From the IMG/VR virus record IMGVR_UViG_3300050504_000274: 55,946 nt of DNA; one strand, 5' to 3'. The stretch comes from a virus. The notes under the pieces were generated by a model. The model was not told where the DNA came from. It searched no databases and was given only the letters and a program-made list of their open reading frames with translations. The position numbers and the translations under genes are program-made. Below are positions 26,819 through 34,342 of the stretch, in pieces (position 1 is the first letter of the stretch; the number at the start of each line of letters is the position of its first letter).

Positions 26819-26847
26819 ATCGTACTCCGGTATCGGCCGGTTGTCCA
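26819..26847 (-). promoter_or_regulatory. Sigma70-like promoter TGGACA-N17-TACGAT; near-leaderless for the lipoprotein gene
   Basis: -35 at 26842-26847, -10 at 26819-26824, and 6 nt to ATG 26812. Lies in a 43-bp gap. Confidence 0.4.
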
Positions 26848-26855
26848 GGTGGACT

Positions 26856-27176
26856 TTAGAGGCCGTCGGGAGCGAAGCCCTCGGCCTGCGGCAGCGGGCG
26901 GGCCACGGCCTCGAAGGAGCTGGACAGCTCCTCGCAGAGGGAGGGCTGCATCTCCTTCGGCACAGGCTCGTGCGTGTCGAGGGCTCTGGTCGCCGCGTTC
27001 CAGCCCGCCCGCTCGGCCTGCTCGAAGGCGTGCGCGACCACGGCGAACAGCGGGTGCGCGATCGCCGCCTCGGGCTCCACGCCCGCCAAGTACTTGTACA
27101 CCGCCATCGCGCGCTCGCGCGGGCCGATGTGAGGCCTCGGGCTGTCGGGCTGCGGATAGGTCCTGGTGATCTTCAC
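26856..27176 (-). CDS. Hypothetical protein (106 aa; start uncertain)
   Basis: GTG 27176 has a GTGA overlap with the upstream stop. An alternative ATG gives MAVYKYLAGVEPEA... Confidence 0.55.
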   Translation of the reverse strand: MKITRTYPQPDSPRPHIGPRERAMAVYKYLAGVEPEAAIAHPLFAVVAHAFEQAERAGWNAATRALDTHEPVPKEMQPSLCEELSSSFEAVARPLPQAEGFAPDGL

Positions 27177-28051
27177 TCGTTGCTGTACTCCCCTTCGACG
27201 AAGTTGAAAGGATGTTTGAACGCCTCGTGCTGGAGGGCGCGAGGGCTCCGCACCGTCTGCACCCGGTTGTCGTCTGCGCCGCTGCGGTGGCACTCGATCC
27301 CGGCGACCATTACGGGTCCTGTGTAGTGCTTCGCCCTCGCCCCGCTCGGCAGTCGGCCCTTCACGCGGAGCTGCTCCACGAGCGCGTCGTATGCCCGCTC
27401 GCCGAGGATCATGGTGTCCACGCCGTGGCCCATCCTCTCCATCTGCTCCTTGGCGTCGAAGATATCCTGCATCACGTCCCTGCCGGTGGGGAACGACCAG
27501 CACAGTTCTCGCGATCCTGAGACTAGTGTGTCCATTCCAGACTTCCACGTCGCGTCATCCACATGCGCGGCCTCGTCCAGGAAGATCGAGTCGCCGGAGC
27601 TGAACTTCTCGACGACCTTCCTCTCGCCCTTAGGGCTGAGCAGGTCTCGGACCTCCCAACCCTGCTCCCTCGCCTTCTCGAGCACCGGCGACATAGCGCG
27701 CAGCGCCTCGCGCTCGATCCGCTCGCGCTCCTGCCGCGCTATGATCGCCCTCTGGTCCGCGGGCAGAGTCTCGTCGTCCAGGAGGGCAGTCGTGGGGTTT
27801 CCGCTGACGTTCCGCCCGGAGCGCACGTCCTCCGCGTACTCGGTGAAGGTCACCCTCGAGCCGTCGGCGCCGGTCAGCGTCACGACGGCCGCGTCCACGC
27901 GCTGGTCGCCGACGTGCGGGCCGAGCGCGGCGCGGGCCGCCTCCGATGCCTCGCGCGCGCCGGCGACGTCGCCGGACCACAGCGGGTAGCGCGAGCCCAC
28001 CTCGCGGCCGGCGCGGTCGCGCAGCACGGCGTTGGCGCGGAAGACCGTCAC
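27173..28051 (-). CDS. Hypothetical protein (292 aa) with a Walker-B/terminase-like FLDEAAH...SFPTG segment
   Basis: GDSIFLDEAAHVDDATWKSGMDTLVSGSRELCWSFPTG resembles the Walker B plus coupling motif of terminase-type ATPases, but I found no Walker A. Confidence 0.75.
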   Translation of the reverse strand: MTVFRANAVLRDRAGREVGSRYPLWSGDVAGAREASEAARAALGPHVGDQRVDAAVVTLTGADGSRVTFTEYAEDVRSGRNVSGNPTTALLDDETLPADQRAIIARQERERIEREALRAMSPVLEKAREQGWEVRDLLSPKGERKVVEKFSSGDSIFLDEAAHVDDATWKSGMDTLVSGSRELCWSFPTGRDVMQDIFDAKEQMERMGHGVDTMILGERAYDALVEQLRVKGRLPSGARAKHYTGPVMVAGIECHRSGADDNRVQTVRSPRALQHEAFKHPFNFVEGEYSNE

Positions 28052-28239
28052 AGCTCGCCCAGCTTCCTGGCCAGCTCGTCCACGGCGTCCTCGCGCTGCT
28101 TCCGCGCGACGTGCTCGGGGACCAGCCAGCCGAGGCGCAGGGCCTCCCAGCCGCCGCGCAGGAGCAGGCCGACCAGCACGAACGCCAGCCCGACCGTCCA
28201 GAACGCGAGGCCGAACAAGACCTTGGCCGCGAGCCGCAC
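28048..28239 (-). CDS. Small single-pass membrane protein (63 aa)
   Basis: GTG 28239 with GGGGAGGA upstream. VRLAAKVLFGLAFWTVGLAFVLVGLLL..., then a charged tail. Confidence 0.5.
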   Translation of the reverse strand: MRLAAKVLFGLAFWTVGLAFVLVGLLLRGGWEALRLGWLVPEHVARKQREDAVDELARKLGEL

Positions 28240-28343
28240 TAGAGGTCCTCCCCGTCCATCAGGATGATGATGAGGATGATGAGCCCGAAGAGCCCGACCC
28301 TGCGCCACACGCGCACGCCGGGAGGAGCGTCGAAGTCGTTCAC
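28239..28343 (-). CDS. 34-aa single-TM micropeptide
   Basis: My translation is VNDFDAPPGVRVWRRVGLFGLIILIIILMDGEDL. AGGAGA upstream, GTGA overlap with the UDG-like stop, TAGTG overlap with the next start. Confidence 0.45.
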   Translation of the reverse strand: MNDFDAPPGVRVWRRVGLFGLIILIIILMDGEDL

Positions 28344-28897
28344 TGCTTATCTCCTGTGGTGTGCGAGCCGCCGCCCGCCGGCATAGCGGGGCCGACCGTG
28401 ACCGGCCGGCTCTGCTGCGGCGGCTCCCACACGTCCGTCGCGAGCCGGTTGAAGAACCGGCGCGCTGCTCTCCTGTTGTTCTGGTCGTTCCACCAGCGGT
28501 TGCGGCCTGAGGGGTGCGGGCACACGTAGGCCCGCGTCCCCCTGCTCCGGGCCGAGGTCGCGCAGCCGTAGAACGCGCAGCGGAAGAACGGCGCCGAGCC
28601 GACCTCTCGGAAGGAGTCCGCGACCCTGCGCCCCAGCAGCACCACGTGCTCGTACCTGGCCCAGTCGTCGACCACCATCGTCGTCGCCGCGTCGCGGGCC
28701 GACACCGGCCCCCACCGCTCCTGCGGGTGCTCGAACAGGTTCGTCCGGTCGGCCAGTCGCAGGAACTCCTCGCGCGACCAGCCGGTGTACCCGAGCAGCC
28801 TGCGTCCCGCGTCGCAGTAGTCCGGGTGGAGCGGGAACCCGACGTTCGAGATCGTCGGCGCCTCGCCCACGAAGAGCACGCGGGCGCTCACCCGCAC
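28340..28897 (-). CDS. Uracil-DNA glycosylase superfamily protein (family 4/5-like)
   Basis: VLFVGEAP (motif A) and CPHPSGRN (motif B). The start is GTG at either 28897 or 28891. Confidence 0.8.
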   Translation of the reverse strand: MRVSARVLFVGEAPTISNVGFPLHPDYCDAGRRLLGYTGWSREEFLRLADRTNLFEHPQERWGPVSARDAATTMVVDDWARYEHVVLLGRRVADSFREVGSAPFFRCAFYGCATSARSRGTRAYVCPHPSGRNRWWNDQNNRRAARRFFNRLATDVWEPPQQSRPVTVGPAMPAGGGSHTTGDKQ

Positions 28898-28998
28898 CTC
28901 CCGCGCGCCTCCGCGGCGAGCCTGCGCCTGCGGCCCTTCGAGCCGGCGCGCACGCGCAGCGGCACGAGGCGGCCGTTGACCCTCCTGCGGCGCCTCAT
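28888..28998 (-). CDS. Possible 36-aa arginine-rich peptide (MRRRRRVNGRLVPLRVRAGSKGRRRRLAAEARGRCG)
   Basis: It exactly bridges two genes with overlapping stop/start codons at both ends. Its composition could equally be GC-bias noise. Confidence 0.25.
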   Translation of the reverse strand: MRRRRRVNGRLVPLRVRAGSKGRRRRLAAEARGRCG

Positions 28999-29315
28999 CA
29001 CCAGATCCACCCTCGCGCCCTGGCGATCGAGCGCTCCGCTGGCGTCAGCATTCCCACGCGCCGCGCGCGCGTCTTCGGCGTCTGCCGCCGCGTGAAGTGG
29101 CTCGGCCCGAGCTTGCGCTTGACGACGAACTCGTCGAAGGTCAGGCGCACCGCGTCCCGGCGCGTCGGCCGCCTGGCCGACTGCACCTCGCGCGGGGGCA
29201 TCTTCATCCCGCGCCCGGCCTGAGCCATCGCGCCGACCTGCGCCGCGTCCCTAGACGTCCCGCGGAGCAGTCGCTCCCGGACCCAGCGCTCGATCCCGCC
29301 GAATATCCCGAACAT
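28998..29315 (-). CDS. Hypothetical basic protein (105 aa)
   Basis: MFGIFGGIERWVRERLLRG... First gene after the 29.36-kb promoter. Confidence 0.6.
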   Translation of the reverse strand: MFGIFGGIERWVRERLLRGTSRDAAQVGAMAQAGRGMKMPPREVQSARRPTRRDAVRLTFDEFVVKRKLGPSHFTRRQTPKTRARRVGMLTPAERSIARARGWIW

Positions 29316-29343
29316 AGGCGTGCAGTCCTCCTGTCCAGCAGTC

Positions 29344-29371
29344 AGTGTACAGCGTCTCGTCCGGAAGTCAA
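29344..29371 (-). promoter_or_regulatory. Sigma70-like promoter TTGACT-N16-TACACT
   Basis: -35 at 29366-29371 and -10 at 29344-29349 (minus sense), in the 85-bp gap between the lipoprotein gene and the 29315 gene. Confidence 0.5.
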
Positions 29372-29400
29372 GTCCGCGTCCTAGGATTCAGTCCCCGGCC

Positions 29401-29703
29401 CTAGTTCGAGGTCACCCTGTCGACGCAGGCGACCGTGCCGTCCGGCCTCACCCTGTAGACCAGCAGCCCGCCCCTAGGGGCTGCGGGTCGCGGCCGGAGG
29501 TACACCACCAGGGAGACGTTGCCGTCCCTGTCCGCGACGCGGACCACCCGGTCCGTAGGGAACGCCAGCGGCACCTCGGCCTCCGTGCGCGGCGGGCGCC
29601 CGAGCCCCCTCGGCCCGGCGCACCCCAGGCAGCACGCCGCGATCAGGGCCATCTCCAGGAACATTATCCCCACGTACACGCTCAGTCGCTTGCTGGTCGT
29701 CAC
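29401..29703 (-). CDS. Predicted lipoprotein (100 aa)
   Basis: VTTSKRLSVYVGIMFLEMALIAACCLGCAGP is a signal peptide plus the lipobox LGC. GTG start with GTGA overlap on the GGDEF gene stop. Confidence 0.7.
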   Translation of the reverse strand: MTTSKRLSVYVGIMFLEMALIAACCLGCAGPRGLGRPPRTEAEVPLAFPTDRVVRVADRDGNVSLVVYLRPRPAAPRGGLLVYRVRPDGTVACVDRVTSN

Positions 29704-30275
29704 AGGATCCTCCTCTGCGCTATCTCACGCAGGCGCAGCCACGCCGCCGAGAAGGTCGGCAGCGTCCTCGCCCGCTTCTCCTCCTTGTCCAGGTACATCG
29801 CCGCGTCCGCGGCCTCCACGTCCGCGCCGAGGCCGGCGCTCGCCGACACCCGGCCGTCGCGCGAGCGCCAGCGGCGCACCAGGTCGCGCACGCGGCGCGC
29901 CCCGGCCCGGCTGTCGATGCGCACGACGAACTCGTCCCCGCCCTCGCGGGCGAGCGTCACGTCCGAGCCCCGAGTCTGCTCGGAGAGGAAGTGCGCGAAC
30001 TCCCGCAGCACCTCGTCCCCGTAGGCGTGCCCGAGCGGGTGCGCGTCCTGCGCCGCCTTGAACCCGTCCAGGTCGACGAAGACGAACCAGCTCTGGCCGT
30101 CGCGCCGCGTCCGGCGGTCTAGTCCGCGCCGGTTGTAGAGTCCCGTGAGAGAGTCCACCTCCGCGTCCCGCGCCCGCGCCTCGGCCTCGCGCTCCAGGTC
30201 GGGGAGCCGCGCCAGCCGCTCGCGCAGCGTCGCGTACTTCGTCTCGGTCAGGTCGGACCAGGCGGGAGAGTCCAA
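29700..30275 (-). CDS. Stand-alone GGDEF-domain protein (putative diguanylate cyclase), 191 aa
   Basis: DSLTGLYNRRG, FVDLDGFK, GHAYGDEVLREFA, REGGDEFVV (checked against the DNA at 29921-29960) and SASAG...AADAAMYLDK. A ~40-aa coiled-coil N-terminus and no sensor domain. Confidence 0.9.
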   Translation of the reverse strand: MDSPAWSDLTETKYATLRERLARLPDLEREAEARARDAEVDSLTGLYNRRGLDRRTRRDGQSWFVFVDLDGFKAAQDAHPLGHAYGDEVLREFAHFLSEQTRGSDVTLAREGGDEFVVRIDSRAGARRVRDLVRRWRSRDGRVSASAGLGADVEAADAAMYLDKEEKRARTLPTFSAAWLRLREIAQRRIL

Positions 30276-30277
30276 GC

Positions 30278-30484
30278 CTAGAGTCCTTCCCGCAGGTAGC
30301 GCCGAGGAACTCGGACCACGCCGAGGGGCTCCACGTGCAGGATGTAGCCGGGCACGGGAGACTCCTCCTCCGCGATCCGACGGACCTCCTCCAGGTTCCA
30401 GGGATAGAACTCCTCGAACGACCCGTCGATCGTGTCGACCCTGAACCTCTGCTCGATCGTCGCGCGTCCTGCTCGCGAATCCAC
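30278..30484 (-). CDS. Hypothetical protein (68 aa)
   Basis: MDSRAGRATIEQRFRVDTIDGSFEEFYPWNLEEVRRIAEEE..., non-biased composition. Confidence 0.6.
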   Translation of the reverse strand: MDSRAGRATIEQRFRVDTIDGSFEEFYPWNLEEVRRIAEEESPVPGYILHVEPLGVVRVPRRYLREGL

Positions 30485-30486
30485 GC

Positions 30487-30819
30487 CTACAGTCCTCCCG
30501 GGGGAACGCCGTCGGGCACCGCCACGCCGTCGAAGGGGCCGGCGCGCCCGCGGTCCTCCTTCTCGACCTGCTCCCCCAGCGCGTCCGCGCAGAGGAGGTA
30601 GTTCGCCTGCTGGAGCAGGAGCGCGTCGCGCCGGAGCGCGAGGAACGCGGCCCGCAACTCCGGCGACACCTCCGACCCCGCGACCAGCTCGAGCGCGCGG
30701 GCCTGGCTGAGCCGGGCCGTGCGCTCCTCGATCTCCCGCGCCCGCCGGCGCAGGACCTCGGCCCTCGCCGAGAGTCCCTCCGAGTAGTCCATCGGCTCGC
30801 CCGTGAGTATCAGTATCAA
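30487..30819 (-). CDS. Hypothetical helical protein (110 aa; start uncertain, alternative ATG 30792)
   Basis: ...MDYSEGLSARAEVLRRRAREIEERTARLSQARALE... Confidence 0.55.
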   Translation of the reverse strand: MILILTGEPMDYSEGLSARAEVLRRRAREIEERTARLSQARALELVAGSEVSPELRAAFLALRRDALLLQQANYLLCADALGEQVEKEDRGRAGPFDGVAVPDGVPPGGL

Positions 30820-30897
30820 GGCGTTTCCTCGTCCGCGACCCGAGTCCCTAGTCCGCGTCGGCGAACGTCGTCCGGCGGTCGAGTCCTGGCAGACAGT

Positions 30898-31104
30898 CTA
30901 CACCTCCCCCAGCCCTAGGGCAAGTCCGGAGGCGGGGAAGTAGTCGGGGACGCCGAAGAACTCAGCCTCCCAGCGCCAGGAGGCCCGGGCCTCCTCCGGA
31001 GACAGCCGCAGGGCGCGGTAGTACAGGACGGGGACCGGCCCCACCATGTCAGCGAGCGCGAGCGCGCGCCGGTCGAAGTAGTCGGAGAGGTAGGACAAGT
31101 CCAC
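30898..31104 (-). CDS. Hypothetical protein (68 aa)
   Basis: GTG 31104 overlaps the upstream TAG (TAGTG). VDLSYLSDYFDRRALALADMVGPVPVLYYRALRLSPEE... Confidence 0.5.
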   Translation of the reverse strand: MDLSYLSDYFDRRALALADMVGPVPVLYYRALRLSPEEARASWRWEAEFFGVPDYFPASGLALGLGEV

Positions 31105-31340
31105 TAGCGCGCTCCGCAGGGGCACGGGCGCCCGCTCATCTTGACGGCCGCGGACGTCGCCGAGGTCCTGGACATGTAGCGGGAGGACCCCCCGCCTAGG
31201 CACGTGGCGCAGACCACGCGGAAGTCCCCCGGCGCCCGCTTGCGCACGGTCCGCGTGCCGCACGTGAACGGCCGCGAGTCCGGGTCCTCGCGTAGCCGCG
31301 CCTCGTCGGGCGCCCGGCGCCAGCCTTGTAGGTCGCTCAC
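31104..31340 (-). CDS. Hypothetical Cys-rich protein (78 aa)
   Basis: GTGA overlap at 31337-31340. ...FTCGTRTVRKRAPGDFRVVCATC...PCPC. Confidence 0.4.
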   Translation of the reverse strand: MSDLQGWRRAPDEARLREDPDSRPFTCGTRTVRKRAPGDFRVVCATCLGGGSSRYMSRTSATSAAVKMSGRPCPCGAR

Positions 31341-31618
31341 GGCCCGTACCTCGCGGCCGATCCGAGCTGGTCGGACGGGGCGCGGCTCGAGTCTATCCAG
31401 CTCGAGGCCCGAGGGTCCACCTCGCGGAGGTAGCACAGCCAACGGTCCTCGCTCTGCTCCGCGGCTCGCGCGCCGGCGCGCCCGAGGATCGCGGCTCGCC
31501 CCGGGCAGGAGCACTGCCCTACTCTCCAGACCACTGCGCACCCCGCCGCGTGGCCGTAGGCCGTCGCGGCCCGGTAGCTGAACCTCGCGGAGTTGACTGC
31601 TACTTCCGAATTGTCCAT
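31337..31618 (-). CDS. Hypothetical protein (93 aa)
   Basis: ATG 31618. MDNSEVAVNSARFSYRAATAYGHAAGCAVVWRVGQCSCPG... Confidence 0.5.
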   Translation of the reverse strand: MDNSEVAVNSARFSYRAATAYGHAAGCAVVWRVGQCSCPGRAAILGRAGARAAEQSEDRWLCYLREVDPRASSWIDSSRAPSDQLGSAARYGP

Positions 31619-31643
31619 CGTCCTAGTCCTGCGGCCGAGTCTC

Positions 31644-31874
31644 TCAGGACAGTCCGCGCGGCCGCGCGCAGTCCGCCCTTGGTAGGTGGGGCACGGGCGC
31701 CAACCCGTGCCCCGGGAAGGAAGCCCCGGCCGGGTATGATCCGACCCGACCGGCGCGCCCATTGTGTTGAATCAGCCGGAGCGGGTACGCGCGGCACCGA
31801 TTGAGCGCGCGCAGGTACGCCAGCGGCAGCCGGCCCCAGCGGTCCGCGCTCCTCCCGCCGCGCAGGTAGATCAT
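31644..31874 (-). CDS. Hypothetical protein (76 aa)
   Basis: ATGA overlap at 31871-31874. MIYLRGGRSADRWGRLPLAYLRALNRC... The second half is compositionally weak. Confidence 0.4.
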   Translation of the reverse strand: MIYLRGGRSADRWGRLPLAYLRALNRCRAYPLRLIQHNGRAGRVGSYPAGASFPGHGLAPVPHLPRADCARPRGLS

Positions 31875-32155
31875 CGATTGCGCTCCCGCCGATTCTCGGC
31901 CTCGCTGCCGCACAATATCCAGAGGGCTCGCCCGCGGATCTCCTCCTCGCTCGCTGTCTCCAGGTCTGCCCAGGTTCCCCAGTGCGCGAGCATCCTCCGC
32001 ACCTCGGGAGTAGGCATGATCCACTCCAGCTCGCCGGACGCGAGCCAGGAGGCTACGTCTCCGTCGCACGGTCCAGGGTGCGAGCACTCTTCGATTGCAT
32101 CCTCCGGAACTCGGACGACCACCGCTCCGCTGTCTCCGTCGATTAGGTCGATCAC
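31871..32155 (-). CDS. Hypothetical acidic protein (94 aa)
   Basis: GTGA overlap at 32152-32155. VIDLIDGDSGAVVVRVPEDAIEECSHPGPCDGDVASWLASGELEW... Confidence 0.6.
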   Translation of the reverse strand: MIDLIDGDSGAVVVRVPEDAIEECSHPGPCDGDVASWLASGELEWIMPTPEVRRMLAHWGTWADLETASEEEIRGRALWILCGSEAENRRERNR

Positions 32156-32592
32156 GCTCGCACCTCCTGAGCCTGTCCGGCTCGGCACGTGTACTGCGCC
32201 TCCTGCCCTCGGTTCGCCCGGAGGCGCACGTACATGCCCGGCCCTGCCCCGGTCCCGTAGTAGCGCACCCCCTCGGCAGTGACGGCCCGAACGAAGTAGC
32301 GCCGGGTCCCGCCGCGGCCGTGCCCCTGGAACCCGACCGCGGCGGACCGCAGGGAGGTCACGCTCGCGACGTCCCCGCCGCTCCACGTGTGGATCCTCCT
32401 CCTCCCGTCGCCGGACAGGTAGAGGAACTGAGGCTCCCCGCGCGCCATTTGCGCGCGAGTCCGCGCGTCGCAGCACGAGTAGCACGCGGTGCGCCCGGTC
32501 CGGGAGTCCCGACCGAAGCCGGTCCCGCCGGAGCCATCCTCCTGCGGAGTGCTGGGGTGGCCGCAGTCGCACAAGGCTAGGTAGGTAATCAC
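32152..32592 (-). CDS. Hypothetical Cys-cluster (zinc-binding-like) protein (146 aa)
   Basis: GTGA overlap at 32589-32592. LCDCGH...ACYSCCD. Confidence 0.6.
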   Translation of the reverse strand: MITYLALCDCGHPSTPQEDGSGGTGFGRDSRTGRTACYSCCDARTRAQMARGEPQFLYLSGDGRRRIHTWSGGDVASVTSLRSAAVGFQGHGRGGTRRYFVRAVTAEGVRYYGTGAGPGMYVRLRANRGQEAQYTCRAGQAQEVRA

Positions 32593-33512
32593 GACCCCAC
32601 CTCCTGGACGGCCGGCGCCTCGTCCAGCGCGCGGGCCAGCTCCTCGATTCTCTCCCGCGTGAACGTGTGGCAGCCCGCGCGCACCTCGTCCGCTCCGATG
32701 CTGTCTACCTGGAAGGGACCCACCCGTAGAGTCTCCCCGTTCCGGCGCCACTGCTCCCCGCGCGTCCAGACCGAGCGCACAAACGCCAGCGCGCGCCGCG
32801 CGTGCTCGATCGGGACCCGCGCGCCGCGGGACGTCACCACCTCGGCCCCGTGCACCGCGAGGTACGCCGAGCCTTTTTCGTCCACGTGGTAGCTGTAGGG
32901 GCAGTCCGCGCGCGTCCCCGCCCTCCACTCCTCGAAGGCCTCGGACTGCTCCCTCCGCCGCGCGCTCGCCTTCGCGCGCTCGCTCTTGAGCCACGCCCCC
33001 CGCGCCGCCCGAGCCTCGGCCACGAGGTCCTGGAGGTCCGCCCGCGCGCGCCTCCCGAGGGTGGACAGCACGCCGAAGAAGCGCGCGTACTCCACGGCCT
33101 CCCGCTGTAGGCGCAGGGCCGCGTCCGCGTGCGCTCCGCGCGTGTAGTCCCTCCTCGCCCGCGTCGCCTTGAGCGCCTGCTCGACAGCTCGCGCGAGCAG
33201 CCTCCGCGCGTTCCGCGTGTGGTCCGCGGGACAGTGCGGCTCCACGTTCGGGACCTCGAACGCGCGGACGTTCGGCAGCCCGTCCACCGCGTCCCGCACC
33301 TCGCGGTAGTGCGCCGCGGTGGACACGCTCCGCGATAGGCTGTCTACCTGGAGCAGGACCGCGCGCCGGCCGCGGTGCGAGGTGAAGCGCGCGAGTACCC
33401 AGTGGTGCCCGTGCGAGTAGATCGAGGCGCCCTCGTAGAACATCCGCGAGCCTCGGCCGCTCGCTCGATGGTCCTGCTGCGCCCAGCGGTGCGCTACCTG
33501 TGCGTGGTTCAT
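32589..33512 (-). CDS. Hypothetical protein (307 aa)
   Basis: MNHAQVAHRWAQQDHRASGRGSRMFYEGASIYSHGHHWVLARF... RBS AAGGAAGGAAG upstream. Confidence 0.8.
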   Translation of the reverse strand: MNHAQVAHRWAQQDHRASGRGSRMFYEGASIYSHGHHWVLARFTSHRGRRAVLLQVDSLSRSVSTAAHYREVRDAVDGLPNVRAFEVPNVEPHCPADHTRNARRLLARAVEQALKATRARRDYTRGAHADAALRLQREAVEYARFFGVLSTLGRRARADLQDLVAEARAARGAWLKSERAKASARRREQSEAFEEWRAGTRADCPYSYHVDEKGSAYLAVHGAEVVTSRGARVPIEHARRALAFVRSVWTRGEQWRRNGETLRVGPFQVDSIGADEVRAGCHTFTRERIEELARALDEAPAVQEVGS

Positions 33513-33578
33513 GGCTAGTGCTTCCTTCCTTGTGTTTATGCGTGCGCCTTGGCGGGCGCGTGTCGATTGTCCAGGTCC

Positions 33579-34019
33579 CTACTTCGGCTCCTCCGGTCGT
33601 CCCGCTTGAGCCGCTCGGCGAGCCGCGCCGGCCTTCAGACAGTCCGCGTAGCTCGCTAGGTTCCCCCGCCCGACCCGGCGCGCCATCTCTCGAGCCGCGC
33701 TCGGGGGCGGCATGCGCTCCTCGCGCACCACCTCGCGGAGGTCCGCTACCAGGAGCCTCCGACCCCCGGCGTCCAGCGCGAGGAACTCCCTGCCGAACGC
33801 GGACCGGAGCGCGAGGAGGTCCAGCCGGTAGGCCTCCCCGTCCTTCATCGGCTCGGCCTCGTCGCGCGCGGGCGGAGACTTCCGGTCCGCGCAGTCCTCG
33901 GAGCAGTAGCACGCCACGAGATCGCGGCCGCGCAGTCCGCCGGGTGCGACGTCGTAGTACCCGTCCGCGTCGTCCTGGACGAACCTGCCGCACGTCGGAC
34001 ACTTGTCGGAGTGCTTCAT
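33579..34019 (-). CDS. Zinc-ribbon protein (146 aa)
   Basis: ATG 34019 with GGAAGGGAG upstream. MKHSDKCPTCGRF...ACYCSEDC. Confidence 0.7.
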   Translation of the reverse strand: MKHSDKCPTCGRFVQDDADGYYDVAPGGLRGRDLVACYCSEDCADRKSPPARDEAEPMKDGEAYRLDLLALRSAFGREFLALDAGGRRLLVADLREVVREERMPPPSAAREMARRVGRGNLASYADCLKAGAARRAAQAGRPEEPK

Positions 34020-34051
34020 GGTGGGTCGCTCCCTTCCGTGGTCAGCCGAGC

Positions 34052-34171
34052 CTAGCTCGGGACCACCTCCGCGAGCCTCAAGACCGCGAAGACCACCACC
34101 GCGACGATCGGCAGGGCGCCGAGGAGCTTCAGGCCGGCGGGGGTCACGTTGGCTTGGATCATGTGCTTCAT
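34052..34171 (-). CDS. 39-aa single-TM micropeptide, first ORF of the leftward early operon
   Basis: My translation is MKHMIQANVTPAGLKLLGALPIVAVVVFAVLRLAEVVPS. RBS AAGGAAGGAAG 9 nt upstream. About 45 nt downstream of the predicted early promoter. Confidence 0.5.
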   Translation of the reverse strand: MKHMIQANVTPAGLKLLGALPIVAVVVFAVLRLAEVVPS

Positions 34172-34223
34172 GGCTTCTGGCTTCCTTCCTTTGGTGTCTC
34201 GTGGCTTCCGACCACGGTAGCCG

Positions 34224-34252
34224 AGTATATCGGCCGACCGAACCTTTGTCCA
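34224..34252 (-). promoter_or_regulatory. Leftward early promoter TGGACA-N17-TATACT
   Basis: -35 at 34247-34252 and -10 at 34224-34229 (minus sense), at the left edge of the noncoding hub. Confidence 0.55.
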
Positions 34253-34342
34253 GCGGAAAAAGCCGGGAATCGCCTAATTGATCTCCTAGCAATAGGTTAG
34301 AGTCTCGGAATCGGGACGTTGTTACCGATAGTCGGACTGCCC

